Shown here: one piece after another, positions 23,545 through 37,955 of the stretch
Numbering within the stretch: the first letter of the stretch is position 1
Layout of the letters: the number at the start of each line of letters is the position of its first letter
Assembly (NCBI RefSeq): GCF_030684315.1
Contig: NC_081378.1
Span: 21,610,006 to 21,674,005 of the forward strand
Direction of reading: 5' to 3'
From: Stegostoma tigrinum
Lineage: Eukaryota
Length of the DNA: 64,000 bases
Made by a program: the position numbers and the translations under genes
Notes under the pieces: generated by a model
Seen by the model: only the letters and a program-made list of their open reading frames with translations
The model's database searches: none
What the model was told of the DNA's origin: nothing

Positions 23545-24140
23545 AAGGCATACTGACAATGGAGGCATTGAAGGTTCACTAGGTTGTTCCCAGATATTTT
23601 ACGAGAAGATGTTAAGTAGATTGGGCCTGTACTCAGTGGAACTCAGATGAACAAGAGACAATCATATTGAAAGATGCACAATTCTTTGGGAGCTTGACAG
23701 GGTAGATGTGTAAAGGTTGTCTCCAACATTCCCCTCTAAGCTGCACTGTGCATACTCACAGCCAATCCAATGTTCCGCATGTGGTGAGCAGCATGCCAAT
23801 GCTCTAACTTCTGTTGGTGGTTGTCTCCCCTTGTGGCAATGTCTACGACCAGTGGACATAACCTCAGAGTAAGGGTCACGATTTAAGACAAAATGCGGAA
23901 GAATTTCTTCTTTCAAAAAGGTAGTGAATTTATGGAATTCCTTACCACAGAGAGCTCTTAAGTCTAGATCACTAAGTACATTCAAGGCTAAGAAAGAGTT
24001 TTTCTCAGTAAGGGAATTGAGTCTTATAGAGAAGAGTCAGGAAAGTTGACTTGAGGATTATCAGATCATCCATGATCTCATTGAATGGAAGAGCAGAATC
24101 AATGGGTTGAATGGCCTACTTCTGCTCTCATGTTTTATGG
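23545..24140 (+). mobile_element. Degraded CR1 LINE 3' end
   Basis: gggcctgtactcagtggaactcaga...gaatttcttctttcaaaaggtagtgaatttatggaattcc...aatggcctacttctgctc. Confidence 0.7.
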
Positions 24141-25487
24141 TTTTCTAGAAAGTGTCTTGTCTGTTTCAAATTTTGGGTACTGATCACTTAGTTGTCAGAG
24201 ATGCTACAGTACATGTTGTGGCCAATTATAGCATTAATTCATTAAAGTTTAACATTTCTCATTTCTTTTTTGTACCATCCGTAATTAAAGAAGAATTCCA
24301 TTAATTCTAAATCAGGGCACCACCTCCTACTAACCAACAGTGATTGGAGAGTGTTTGCAATCTTTCTTCCTACATGGCAATTAATTTGTATTTGAAATTC
24401 TAGAAAGTCACAGATTTCAATCCAACTTCTGGCAGATTATTGAAGTTCTGTTTCAGCCGCCTTTTTGAGGCACATTGTGGGAGGAAACTAATCCCACCTC
24501 CTACACAAATAAATTATACAAATAAGACAAATGGTGAATATCTAAATATGAAACAATTGCTCTGAAACTATACGAGTGGGCTGTGTGTCACTCTATAGAA
24601 TATTAAAATGTAATTGTGCAATCAGATGATTATCTGCACAGTAAACAGGCTGAACAGGTCCAGCAGATATTGCTCTGGGCACCACCCCACTGATCCCAGT
24701 CATGCTTTCCCTTCACACATACACTGCTGATTTTGATTTCATTCTCTCTCTCTCTATTATAAACGCCCATTACAGCAGCATGCACACAGATCTCTCTCAA
24801 GTAATAAAGGAACAATGCTGAGGGCTAGATGGCCAACTTGTGATTCTATTTGCACTAAGCACAGAAATCAATTAATTTCAGAAATGTTCTCAGTGACAGC
24901 ATTCTCTGAATATTTATGTTTATGGCAGAGTCCCGTTGTGAAAGGTAGCAGATGCAGCACATTTGATATCTTCATATCACACCCCACCCTTAAAACATAC
25001 CCTTACAGAGTAGTGTGTATAACTCTTCAAGCACAATAAGCACTGAGATCAGGGTATATTATCCCTGTAACCCAGATAACAATCACCTCATGTCTGTACA
25101 GAAGAATATTAATCCTTTTTGTGTTGAATACTTATGTAAATTCTACTGAGAGGTAACATGATTGCTTCCAGGATTCTAAAGGATCACAAATTATTTGACC
25201 ATAACAGTAGAGGACCTGGCCTGAGCTAGACTGGGTGACTTCCAAACTAATCTGTGGAAATAATATTTCAGGAACAAACTGGTTAATACATAGCACAGGC
25301 TCTCTTGGAAGATGATGAATGCAGGTAATACCGATCATTGAAATTCAAAATTATATTTCGGGCATAACATTGCGTGGTACAATACAAGTGATTTCAGTTA
25401 CATAAATGGTTACTCAAATTTGGGGGTAACAAGAGACTTCTGATCGACGATTCCCATAACTGTTTGGCACCAGGTGATTTCTCACTC

Positions 25488-25689
25488 GGTAGAGCCAAAA
25501 AAAAACCTGTAGATGCTGGAATCCAGATAGATAAACAGGAGGCTGGAAGAGCACAGCAAGCCAGGCAGCATCTAGAGGAAAGGAGCAGTCAGCGTTTGGA
25601 GTTTTACCCTTCTTCAGGACTGGACCCAGAACATTGACTGCTCCTTTCCTCCAGATGCTGCCTGGCTTGCTGTGTTCTTCAGCCTCTGG
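25488..25689. mobile_element. Mini palindromic Penelope-derived element
   Basis: TSD tttctcactc at 25478-25487 and 25690-25699; ~52-bp inverted arms at 25539-25591 and 25635-25686. Confidence 0.75.
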
Positions 25690-26715
25690 TTTCTCACTCA
25701 TGCCTGTGTTTGTCGTGGATGTGTGTTGATTAGCATGATTAGTCAACAACTCCATTATTGTCAAATCCTGCAAATATTAGGTTATTAAATCAACTACATA
25801 GACATTTTCACCTAGAAATTCTGATATTCACATCTACATCCTGATCTTTTATACCCTGCAAATCAGGACGTGACAATTGACACAGGGGAATGCGATACTG
25901 AAATTTGGTCATTTCAGCAAATTGGAATAATGTTAAATAAACAAAGGGCACAGCTAGTGTCATGGGCCAGGTGATGTAATTTCATGAAACATTCATGAAA
26001 GCAGCAAAAATTCTTAAATAATGAGACTTCAAAGCAAAGTAAAGGGGCCTCAACTAAAGCAAGAAAATGCTGTTAAATCTATACATCTTGTTGAGGCCAC
26101 AGTTAAAGTTCTGGCACTTCATTATCAGGAGAATGTAAAAGCAATGAGAAATATGCAAACTAAATTATGTGCTGAATAGACAGATGCTACAATGAAATTG
26201 ACTAGCACAGGTCAAAATATTAAAAGGAAAGCCAGGTAAGCGCAGGGTAATATAGGATATGCTGTTGGTGTTAGATGGAGAAGGATGGGAGGAGGCACAT
26301 TTAAGTCATAAACACCTGTGCAGATATATTGTGCTAAAATGTCCGTTTCTGTGCTGTATATATTAAGCAGTAGGCTCATAATGCCTTAGAAGAGGTGCTA
26401 CGTAATTTAGAGTCGAGTTAAGGCTCTCCTCACTAGTGTTGAGAAAGTAAACAGAGGTCATTAAGATTGCAATGCAGGCCTATAGAAGATAATAATGTGA
26501 GAGATCAAATGAAAAATAGTTTCAGGAACAGCAGAACACCGCTGTAGATCACAAATCCAAGCAAACAGAACTGTAAGAAAAAGAATCCAACACCAGAATA
26601 TACAAATGGCCTACATAAGGGAAGTAGTCCCTGCAATTGTTTCAGTACAGAAACTATTTCTACATTTGCAACATAACTTAGGTCAGAATGGGAGAAATCC
26701 CTTCTCTTTCATTAC

Positions 26716-26833
26716 CTTCCAGTCCGTCATTATCCAGATGGTCTTCAGCTCGCTCTTGCAAGTCATTTAATTCTTCTTCCATGTTTCCTGCTTCTACATC
26801 TAACTCCTCTATTACCCTCCCACGTAGAGCAAT
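26716..26833 (-). CDS. NCAPH2: NCAPH2 coding exon 15 (IALRGRVIEELDVEAGNMEEELNDLQERAEDHLDNDGLE)
   Basis: AG/GT flanks; 118 nt; phase 0-1; acidic. Confidence 0.82.
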
Positions 26834-27784
26834 CTGCAGAGGAAAGACTTGATTAGCATAATCATATACACAAACAGCAGGAGTTCTGACACAAACCAGA
26901 ACACATCAACGAACACAGCACCTGAATCACACTCCATTTTCATCAGCTTCCTTTCAGATAGGTGACTCAAGGGTGAGCTTAAACTCTGCCACATGTTACA
27001 GCACCTTCATACTGTATGCCCACCCTGTAATGACATACACCTTCAACACATATTGCACAAGCACACCAACATAAGAGCATGCTCACCCACACACCAATAC
27101 CCTCAGTCAACGCTAAACACAAGCACACAAAATTGGATCTGTCATCTCTTCCACAATACAGCAAGAATTAATTATTCTGTATGACGCACTTAAAACAGAA
27201 TTTTATTACAGCACAAGAGGTCATTCTCAGAAAGCTACTCTGAGCTCTCAACGGGCATTTTCCACTTTTATTCCATAGCTTTCTCTTCCAATCCCATTTC
27301 AATTCCCCATTAAACGGATGTAATTGTATACACATACACTAATTTTGTCCTTGAAAGGTCCTTACGGCAAATCATTCGTCATAATAATGTGAAAACCTAA
27401 CTTCCTCCTTCCTTCTCCTTGTAGCATCTTTAATTTGTACCCCTAGTTACAGATTCATAGATCTGAGGATGATGGTGTTTCACAACGTACCATTACCAGA
27501 AGTGTTCATTAGATATTGAACAAGAGCAGAAACCTTGGTGACTTTTCACCTTCTCAAAGTTCTGTCAGACTGGAGTGCCCTGACTGCCATCTGAAAACAA
27601 ACACTTTAACACAGACCTAGCTAAGTGGTTCAATCCCGTCCTGATCCAGTCAAAACTCCTGCTATTAATATTTAACAACTGGTATAAATGCATTTTTTGG
27701 AATAAAATGTACCAAAACACTTAGAGTTTTCCACTATCCACTGGCATTTCTCTCCCTAACAAATGTTTCTCACCAAACACTTAC

Positions 27785-27855
27785 CATCATTTGCTGATGT
27801 TTCCTCTGTGCTCGGAGTCTGTCTTTCATATGTTGCCAGTACAGAACATCCATAT
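27785..27855 (-). CDS. NCAPH2: NCAPH2 coding exon 14 (MDVLYWQHMKDRLRAQRKHQQMM)
   Basis: AG/GTAAGT flanks; 71 nt. Confidence 0.92.
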
Positions 27856-29599
27856 CTGCGAAGGAAAGAGATCATTTTAAAATTAGCAAAAACAAAAGCT
27901 CAAAGTTCCACGCCCTCAGGAAAGTTATTAACTTGATGAGCACCATCAGCCACCCCAATTATAGATAAGTCTTTGCACAATGGTGTCCATTTGTCTGTCG
28001 TGTGAGATCAATGGGAAGCTGAGGAATGGATACTCTGCCAGAGTTGCAAGCGGGAACACTAGGACGAGTCAGACACAGTTCCAAACCAGTCCAGGGTCTC
28101 CCAGCAAAGCACGAACAAATCTTAGGCTGACTCCCCCAGCCCAGACTTGCAGTCTAGGCCGAGGATCCTTGTCTGCAGCTAGGCGTGGCCACCTGAAGGA
28201 GGAGGAAGGCAGACTCAACTCAGCATGGCGGTTGTCCTGTGTGGAGGTCTTCTTCTTCTTTGGCGTCCAGGTATTCAGGGACCCAGCAGGCAGTCTCGTC
28301 CTGGCTTCATCATCATGGTATACCATCGCTCCTTAACCTGTTTTCCCCGAGCCCAGGGGCTGTTAAATGAATCGCGGTGAACTTTGTCTTTACTTTACTT
28401 TTTAGAAGTTATTATATATGTTTTCTGGCATTGAAACAGATGCTGTGGTGGGGCAGCTTGTAAAACTTTTCACTATATTTCTCATGTAAAAGTACATGTA
28501 AATTCCTAGTCTATTATTGCAGGTGAATCAGTTAAGTATATAGGTCTTTTAAATTGTCACGTGCAGCCACATATGTGTGGTATCTGAAAAGCAGACCACT
28601 TGTGCACAGACACTTTCAGGTTACTGAACATTCTACAGGGAGTACTGCCTTGGGCACCTGCACCTTGCAAAGTATCATCCAAAGTGCCTCCCTTTCCTCT
28701 CCAACAAGCTTGAACACTTTATCATCTACAATATTGGACCATTTCTTCCCATAATTCTATCAATGAACCTTTCAATCTGTTTTACATACACATGCCACAG
28801 CAGGAAACAGCCCTTATTGAAATCATAAATGACAAGCTGTGCGACAATGGTAAATTATCCTTCTCGATTTTGCTTATTCACGTGGGTGATCACACCATCC
28901 TCTTGTACCATCCACCAGCTTGTTGAGGACAAACAATGGCATACTGATTTTGTTGCTGGACTAGAAATCCAGAAGAACAGGAAATATTGTGGGGGCCCGA
29001 GTTCAAAATCCACCAGGACAAATGGTGGAACCTGAGTGTAAAAAAAGAAAATGTAGAATTGAAGGTATAATTATGACCACGAAACCATTGTTAAGTATCA
29101 TAAGATTCCATCTGGTTCATTCATCCTTTCAGGAAAGAAATCTACTATCCTTACCTGATTTGGCATACATGCAGTTCCAGACCCTCTAAAGCAACTCTGT
29201 TCTATCAAACTGCCAAAATATCTCAGGAAAAAAGCATGAAACTGTACAGACAACCTGGCATCAGCCAAGGCACTGAAAACGACAATGGTATCACAGCCAA
29301 CATGACTGGGCTAGTAATCCAGAACCCAAAGATTTAACTCATTGGTGACTAAGAAACCGTAAAATCTGTAATTGAAAGTCTAATGATGACCATGAAGCCA
29401 TTGTTGATTGTCATCTAGTTCATTAATGCTCTTTAGGGAAAGACATCTGCCATACTTGCCCAGTCTGGCCTACGTGTGACTCCAGATCCATAACAATGTA
29501 AAGTGACTTTAAACTGCCCCCTGGGCAAACAGGAATGGTCAATAAATTCTGGCCTACCCAGCAATGCCCAAACCTCTTGAACAAAAATATAAAGAAATC

Positions 29600-31795
29600 C
29601 TAAGAGACATTGCTGATAGAACTGGGTCTGCAGCAGCTAGTGATGAAACCAATAAGAGGTGAAAACTTATTTAGTCTCGTTCTCACAAATCTTCCTGCAT
29701 CAGATGTGTTTGTTCATGACAGCAGTGGTAGGAATGACCACCACACAGTCCTTGTGGAAACAAAGCCTTGTTCTTTATATTGAGCATATCCTTCATCATG
29801 GATTGTGACATTACTACATTGCTAAATTGATAGAACAGCTGAAGACAGGGCATCAACAAGGAGTTGTGGGCCATCGTAATCAACAGCAGAACCATACTCC
29901 AACACAATCTGCAATTCCATGGCCTAGCACTTTACCACTAATATCAAGCCAGGGGACTAATCCTGGGTCATAGAAGTGTGCAGGACAATATACAGGAACC
30001 GCATCAGGCATACCTAAAACTGAGGTGTCAACCAGATGAATCACTGGGCAAGAAGGCTCTACAAATATTTCCATCCTCAATTATAGGGAACTTCAACAAA
30101 TCAAGCTAAAGATAACACTGAAGTAGTTTACAACAATCTTCAGCCAGAAGTGCCAAGTGGATAACCCATCACATCAAAGATGGCAGCCTTCAGTCAATTC
30201 AATTCACTCCGCATGATATCAAGAAACAGATGAAAATGCTTGTACGGAAAAGGCTATGGGCCCTGACAATACTCTGGCAATAGCAACTGGAGATGTGTAC
30301 TTTGAACGTGCTGCACCCCAAGCCAAGCCGCTCCAGAACAGATACAACGTTGGTATTCTCCTGACAGTGTGGGAAATTGCCCAGGTATGCCCTGTACAAA
30401 AAAGACAGGACAAATCTAAAATCAGTTCTTGGTAGTGTGGATGTGCAGAGGGATCTTGGTGTCCATGTACATAGATCCCTGAAAGTTGCCACCCAGGTTG
30501 ATAGTGCTGTTAAGGCGGCTTATGGTGTGTTAGGTTTTATTGGTAGAGGGAATGAGTTCCGGAGCCGTGATGTCATGCTGCAACTGTACAAAACGCTGGT
30601 GCGGCCTCACTTGGAATACTGCATGCAGTTCTGGTCATCCCATTATAGGAAGGATGTGGAAGCAATGAAAAAGGTGCACAGGAGATTTACCAGGATGTTG
30701 CCTGGTCTGGAGCGAAGGCCTTATGAAGAAAGCCTGAGGGACTTGGATCTGCTCTCATTAGAGAGAAGGCAGCTGAGAGGGGATTTAATAGAGACATACT
30801 AGATGGTTAGAGGATTAGGTAGGGTGGGCAGTGAGAGTCTTTTTCCGAGGATGATGACGTCAGCTTGTACGAGGGGGCATGGCTACAAATTGAGGGGTGA
30901 TAGATTTAAGACAGATGTCAGTTGCAGGTTCTTTACTCAAAGAGTGGTAAGGGCGTGAAACGCCCTGTCTGCCAATGTAGTTAACTCAGCCACATTAGGG
31001 GCATTTAAACAGTCCTTGGATAAGCAGATGGATGATGCTGGGATAGTGTAGGGGGATGGGCTTAGATTAGTTCACAGGTCGGCGCAACATCAAGGGCCGA
31101 AGGGCCTGTTCTGCGCTGTATTGTTCTATGTTCTAATTTTCTCTTGATTATCAATAATGTGATGGAAAAGACATCAACTGTGTTATCAAGAGGTACTTAG
31201 TCAGCAATAACCTAAGTGATGTTCGACTTGGATTCTGCCAGCGCCGTTCAGCTTCTGTTCCCATTAATGCCTTAATTCAAAGATGGACAAAAGCGCTGAA
31301 CTCGGTGGTGATGAGAGGATGACTGCCCTTTACATTGACGCTGTAACTGACGGCGTGTGGCACCTTGGAGCCCAAGTAAAACAAGAATCAATGGTAATCA
31401 GTGGAATAAAAACAACGTATACAAACATTCACTCTCTCCACCATTGATGTTCAGTATGTGCCATTTATAAGGTGCACTACAGAAATTCATCAAGGGTCCT
31501 TAAGCAGCACCATCTCAGCATCTACCATCGAGAAGACCAATGGCAGTAGATATGTGGAAATGCCACCGTTTTCAAGTTTCCCTCCCCGCCACTCTCTATT
31601 CTGAGTTTAGAAATGGATTACCATTCCTTCAGTGTCACCAGGTCAAAAGCCTGGAACTCCTCCCCAACAGCATTTGTGGGTCTACCTACAGTAAATGAAC
31701 AAAGCAGTTCAAGACGACAGTTCACAGCCATTTTCTCAAGGTAGCTAGGAATGGGCGATGAAGGCTGGCCCAGCCAGCGATGCTCACATCCCAAA
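29600..31795 (+). mobile_element. Degraded CR1/L2-group LINE carrying a nested younger CR1
   Basis: KAMGPDNTLA and WEIAQVCPVQK..DKS motifs before 30420, resuming as LLIINNVME after 31140; 3' tail at 31740-31795. Confidence 0.65.
30422..31135 (+). mobile_element. CR1 LINE 3' fragment (nested insertion)
   Basis: QRDLGVHVHRSLK...LYKTLVRPHLEYCMQFWS...RGDLIETY; tail gggccgaagggcctgttctgcgctgtattgttctatgttcta. Confidence 0.9.
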
Positions 31796-32436
31796 AATTA
31801 AAAATATTTTTTCAAGAACATGCACATACCTGCTTCCACTTTCAGCCATCCAATCAAAGCTAGAGAGTCACATGCAATGGCTCATCTTCCCACTCTCACA
31901 ATTACATTCAAAATCTCCAACGATCTATACTTGTCCCTCTCATATTTATTATCTTATCCATTCCCCAGTGACACAATTTAAAAATATATTCTGAGGGTCC
32001 TCACATAGCCAACAACAATCAACTGTACCTCACAACCACCTCTCCCAACCCTCCAATGTCACTGATTTGGCACACTGCTCATCCTATAACAAAATCACAA
32101 TCTGCAGAAATTTTCTTCATTATTATCTCTAGCTCCCACCCCAAAAAAAAATTATCTAGCTCCTAATTTTATGCTCTTGCTTGGTCAGTGTCTCATAACC
32201 AGATAATTGTATCCCATGGAAGTACACATCATTGGTGGTTGCTGAAGGATTGGGTAACTGAAAAGACAATGGTTGCCTCAGTGAAAGAGTAGGGCTCCGT
32301 CAAGATATGGCCAGTAAGCTTTCTAAAAGCAACTCACTCCAGCTCTTATGTTCCCTAAAGTCTGAGGAAATATGCTAAATTTACCCACTGATGCACAAAT
32401 CAAAGCTGATCCCAGACACCCAGCTCTGCCTCTCAC

Positions 32437-32490
32437 CTGCAAATGTTGGGCCTCTTTTCCGACTCTTTGCCTCACTCCATCCACCATAAT
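32437..32490 (-). CDS. NCAPH2: NCAPH2 coding exon 13 (YGGWSEAKSRKRGPTFA)
   Basis: AG/GTGAG flanks; 54 nt; RxGPxFAD motif. Confidence 0.9.
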
Positions 32491-32734
32491 CTGGAAGGAA
32501 GAGAAAAGCAAATATAAGAGATTGAAAAAGATGGAATGTGCAGAGAAGACTATAAAGTATAATTACTGTAGCAATGAATTTCACAATACATAGCACACCT
32601 AGTGTAAAGTACACAGTACAATGATTCACCTGGGACTGGTGACCAGAGCGTCACAGCAACGTTAGTGTCACCCACAGCACAAAACTGTATAGATTCGGTA
32701 AACACAAGGAGGAAAATGTTCAATGACTACTTAC

Positions 32735-32839
32735 ATGTCTCAGAGAACCATTTCCCAAAATCTTTCAGTTTTACAAAGGTTTTTCGTTTCCGCTTGCCTC
32801 CAGTGATATCAACACGTGGTGGTATAACAAAATGTATTC
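32735..32839 (-). CDS. NCAPH2: NCAPH2 coding exon 12 (IHFVIPPRVDITGGKRKRKTFVKLKDFGKWFSET)
   Basis: AG/GTAAGT flanks; 105 nt; KRKRK NLS-like motif. Confidence 0.92.
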
Positions 32840-33961
32840 CTGAAAAATACAAAATCATAGCATCATATCTAGGACCTGAACAGGTAATAACGTGGATATT
32901 CATCAGAAACAACACACTGTAACCAGACATTCACTCACTCCATGATTCAATAGCTTTCTGGTTGATCAGTGCGCCAGTGTGCTGCACAGTGGCAGTCAGC
33001 TTCTTATTCAGCTGTGCAGGCCAGGACACCAGGTCAGAAATCATTGGCTTATTTTCAAAGTGAGTCAGTAGCAGGGGACAGGTATAAAATCCCAGAGTTC
33101 AAAACCAGGAAATATTCATCTCCTCCGATTTGCTCCACCATTCAAATTAGATCACAGCTGATCTGCATGCCAACTCCATTTATCCACCTCTGCTCTAGAC
33201 CCCACTTTGGCTAAGATCTGCTACTCTAGGTTAAGAGGACCCAAAAATTCCCCAGCACTAAGAATATTGAGGGAAAAGTTCCAGATTTCTACAATTTATT
33301 ATTGAAAACTCCCTACATCACTCTTGAAAGGCCAAGCTCTAAATTTCAGATTGTGGTCAGTTTCCAATCACTGTCCTGTTGGGAGGTGCTTGTGCTAAGG
33401 TAGATTCAGCTGTACAGTCCTTTGTGGTTCAACAGAGGTCAGCCTCAGCCCAAGCTCACTGATGAAAATTGGACAGGTGAGACAGCAGCAAATAACAGGG
33501 GAATTAATCTAATCTGATCACATCCATCTTCCTCAAACTGTTCAGCCTCAGGCACCAGCAGCTGCATTTGCACAAGAGTTGTGATGCAAAACGTGACTCT
33601 CAAAATGTGCTGTCCAAACAGCATCCTGCCAATGTGAGCAGCAGTTGATGGTTGCCACAAAAGACGACTTGAGGAAGAGGGCTATCAAAGAACACTGCTG
33701 AAATTTCCATCATCATCAAAATCACGGCATTCCTTAAAGTAAATATCAGCAGGTGGGAATGTGGAAACAGTGTAAGGTAGAATAATGGAATAATCACACA
33801 ACTATCACGCAACAATACTATGCACAGCTTGTCCCTTGATAATCCATTAATGTTCCCTTTTGAGTGTAAGAAATTTTGCTGAAGTTTAAAATCTCCATGC
33901 CCAGGTTTATTTCCTCTTGGCAGAACTCTGGAGATGGAAACTGATATATCCACCAAGGTAC

Positions 33962-34028
33962 CTTTCTTGAATGGCTTGTCTTGAGTGGCTTCAAAAGGAT
34001 CCAGACTCCTCCAGGGGTCGAGCACTTC
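33962..34028 (-). CDS. NCAPH2: NCAPH2 coding exon 11 (EVLDPWRSLDPFEATQDKPFKK)
   Basis: AG/GT flanks; 67 nt; DPWxSLDPF...KPFKKG motif. Confidence 0.93.
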
Positions 34029-34189
34029 CTATAGTGCAAACAGCCAACAATCATTAAAAGAATTAACTTGTATTTATATATTTCACAACTTGTATGCAAC
34101 ATTTAGTAGAGTTGGCAACTATTTGGAGACAGCAAGATCCATAAACAGCAGTTGAGATGTGTGACCAGATTAACTGGTTTTGATGGAGT

Positions 34190-37135
34190 AAAGTTACTGC
34201 AGATGCTGGGATCTGTTCTGAAAACGACCAATGCTGTAGATTACAGCAGGTTAAAAGAGCTGGAGAAAGAGCAAGCTAACATTTTGTGTCTCAATGATTC
34301 TTCATCACAGCTGAAGTGAAGCATGTAGCGGACAGCATTTGTACTATAATTCAGGTGGGGGGGTGGTGTAAAGTGCTAGGGAGAAGAGATGTGATTGGAA
34401 TGTGAGAATGGCAGAACATTGGTGTATACACCTGCCAGACTAGAAAGAACAGGCAGTCCCACTGGGGTGGGTGGACGGAAGAGAGGACATGGTGATAGAG
34501 AATATAACAAGTAAAGCTAAAAGAAAGGAAAAAAATGTGAGTTACTTTTGAACTCAATATTGAGTCCAGAAGACTGTGAAGTGCTTAGTCTGAAGGTGAG
34601 ATGTTGTTCCTCCAGTTTGCGCTGTGATTCACTGCAGCATGTCAAGGACAGACAAGTGGGCATGCAAGCAGGACACAGTGTTTCAAAGACTGACTACGCA
34701 TAGGTTGGGATCATGCTTGTGCACAGACTGGAGGTGTTCTATTTAGCGGTCACCCAGTCTGCTTTTGGTTTCTCCAACGTACAGTACACCACATTGGGTG
34801 CCGCGAAGGCAATACACAACACGGGAGGAGGTACAGGTGAAGTACTGCTTCACCAGGAAAGATTGTTTAGGCCTTTGGACGGTGAGTAGGGAGGTGGTGA
34901 AGGGGCAGGTGCTGCATCTTCTAAGGTGACATGAGAAGGTGGCGTGGGAAAGGTGTCGTGTTCATGGTCGAGGAATGGACTAGGGTGTCCCGGAGGGAAT
35001 GATCCCTGCAAAATGCTGGCAGGGGAGTGAGGGGAAGATGTGTTTGGTGGTGGCATTCTGCTAGAGTTGTTTGAAATGGTGCAGGATGATCCTTTGGATG
35101 CAGTAGCTGGCAGGACTCAAAGCGAAGACAAGAAGGAACCACCCATGCTATTGTGAGGATTGGGAAGGGACAAGGGTGGAAGCATGGGTGATAGGTCCAT
35201 GGGTACTAATGTCTTTTAGGAAAGGAAACTGCCATCCTTACCTGGTCTGGCCTACATGTGACTCCAGATCCACAGCAATGTGGTTGACTCATAACTGCCC
35301 TCTGAGCAATTAGGGATGGAAAATAAATGCTGGCCTCCCCTGAATGAATAATTATAAAAAAGGTCAGATGTGGTTGAGGGCCCTATCAACCACTATGGGT
35401 GGGAAACCACGTTATGGAAGCGGGAAACCATGTTATGGAAGCAGGAAACCATGTCAGCAGCGCTGTTTTGAAGGGGGCATCATTGAAACAGATGCAATGT
35501 AGCCAAAGGAATTAGGAGAATGGGAGGAGGATGGGTGTGAAGAGCTGTAGTGAAGGTAGCTATGGGAGTCAATGGCTTTGTAGCAGGTGGCAGTAGACGG
35601 TTTAATCCCCAAAATAGAGACAGAGAGATCAAGGAAAGGGAGGGAAGTAGATGATGTGAAAGTTATAGTGGGGTGGAAGCTGGAGGCAAAAATGAACAAA
35701 TTTTCAAGGTCCTGGCAGGAGCATGAAACAGCATTGAAACAGAAAAAAAATGAGTGTTGTGGGAGGGGACTAGTGTAGGACTGGAACAAGGAATGTTCCA
35801 CATATGCCATAAAGACGCAGGCACAACTGGGATACACGCAGGTGCCCATAACTACTCCTTTGAATTGGCAGAAGTAAGATGAATTAAAGGAGAAATTGTT
35901 CAATGACAGAACAATTTAGCCAGGTGGAGGAGAATGGTGGTGGACGAGGAGTGTTCATGTCTCTGATCGAGGAAGAAGCCAAGAGCTTGCAGACTGTCCT
36001 GGTGGGCAACAAAGGAAAAGAGGGATTGCATATCCACGGTGAACACCACTTGAAATTGTCAACGTGGTGGAGGGCATCAGAGGAATTGTGGATGTAGGCA
36101 GGCGGGATCTGGACAAGTGGAGACAGGATGGTGTCAAAGTAGGAGGAAAGGAGCTCAGTGGGGCAGGAACTGGCTGATACCATGGGCCTACCAGGGCAGT
36201 CTGGTTTGTAAATTTTGGGAAGGAGGTAGAAGCGGGCTGTCCAGGGTTGGGAGACCTTTTTGTCTCTATTCCGCAAGGTGGGGGGTTGGCGGGAAATCTC
36301 TGGACTTAATGAGGTCAGTGACAGTTCTGGCAACAACGGCTTGATGTTCGGATGTGGGGTCATGGTCTGGGGGGCAGTAGGAAGACCGATTGAGCCTCCA
36401 CAAGGTAATGGTCAGTGCGCCAGACTACAACAGCACCACCTTTGTCAGTAAGTTTGATAATGAAAGTTAGGGTTGGACCTGTCAGAATGGAGTGTGGCAA
36501 TTTCAGAAGGGGACAGATTAGAGTTGGTGAGAGAAGCAGATAAATTGAGATGGCCGATGTCATATCGGCAGTTTTCACTGAAGAGATCAAAGGCAGGTAA
36601 GAGGCCAGGAGAAGGGGTGCAAATGGAAGGTGAATACTGGAAGTGGGTGAAGGGATCAGTGGAACAGGAAGGGGAGTCCTACTTGAAGAAATGAGTGAGG
36701 AGGCAGAAACAGCAGAAAAACAGTTCAGCATCATGGCAAGCCCAAAATTCAGTGAAGTGGGGATGCAAGGCATGAAGCTGAGGTTATTTTTGCAGAGGAC
36801 ACTATGTTCAGCCTCAGAGAGGGTAGGGTCAGGACGAATGGTGAAAACACGTCAAGGGGTTAGAGGGAGTGGCCTCAGAGACAGAAAGTATTGGCATCGG
36901 ATGGCTGGAAAGGGGTGAGTGCTAAGGGGCAGTCCACAGGACAGATGTTGGAGTCCATAGGCTGTTGGAGCTTGTGCGCTTTGATGTCTGAAAGAAAAAG
37001 TTTTTTTGAGGTGCTGGATGAGGTGGAGGATGAAGTGAACCTGGGGAACGGCACAGCTTTGAGAGAGGGTGAATCAATGTTGCTGCAGAGTGGAATCAAG
37101 TGTGTGCGTATGATTTTGGTTGAAGAATACAGATA
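34190..37135 (-). mobile_element. Degraded Penelope-like retroelement (RT + GIY-YIG), with a SINE inserted at ~35195-35360
   Basis: DKGGAVVVWRTD, ARFYLLPKIYKPDCPGRP and NNFSFNSSYF..KGVVMGT on -; many frameshifts. Confidence 0.85.
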
Positions 37136-37759
37136 TTACATCTGACAGCATAACATACCCTCAGCCAGTGCAGCACTCCATGAGCACTGGTTCTTTACCA
37201 ATGTATCAACCTTTCCGCAGTACCCTGGAATGTCAGCCTGAATTAAGAGTTGAGATCAAGTCCACCAAATTCTCCCTCCAGCATTCTCGAAAATCTAATG
37301 AAAAAAACTGCTCAGGCTAATCCCTGAGCTAATCCCTAAACTGTTCCAATATGTCAATCTATTAAATATCCAAGACCACACATCACACTCCTCCCCCACC
37401 ACATTAGATTTATCTTCATCATTTGTTTCATACTTTCTTCCAGAACGTCTCATCACTCTGAGTACAGATAGGGGCAATAGGATGGAGTAGCAGCTGCTGG
37501 AGAAAGTAGTGATGAATTCTTAAAAACTTTATACCTTTTCTGAAAATGAACTAATTTTCTGAAATCAAGCTCCGACAGAGAATCTTGTTATCTCAGGACA
37601 GGTGAGTCACAACATGCCACTTCCTGGTTCCCCACTCTCTCCACAACAGCCACAGCAACATAAAGAAGGCTAACAAACAGAGACATTTGGTATGTTGTGC
37701 TCAAATCTTTAAAGATGGTAGGCCAGATTAACAAAAGATTTAATAAAAAGGTAACCTTG

Positions 37760-37955
37760 CCATAGTGACAGGGCCACAGGACTGTTCTCATTACAGAGAG
37801 ACCACAGGCGGTGGTTCAACACGAGATTCACCACGACTGAGGCAAGGGGTAAGGTTAAGAAGGCAAGACTTTCATGGTGACCTCAATCAGTGCAGAACTG
37901 AATCCCTACTGTTGGTGTCACTTTGCACCACAAACCAATGGGCCAGCCAACTGAG
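37760..37955 (-). mobile_element. tRNA-derived SINE (family C)
   Basis: Homologous in inverse orientation to 61810-62030, which begins ggttagctcagttggctgg...gggttc. Confidence 0.6.
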
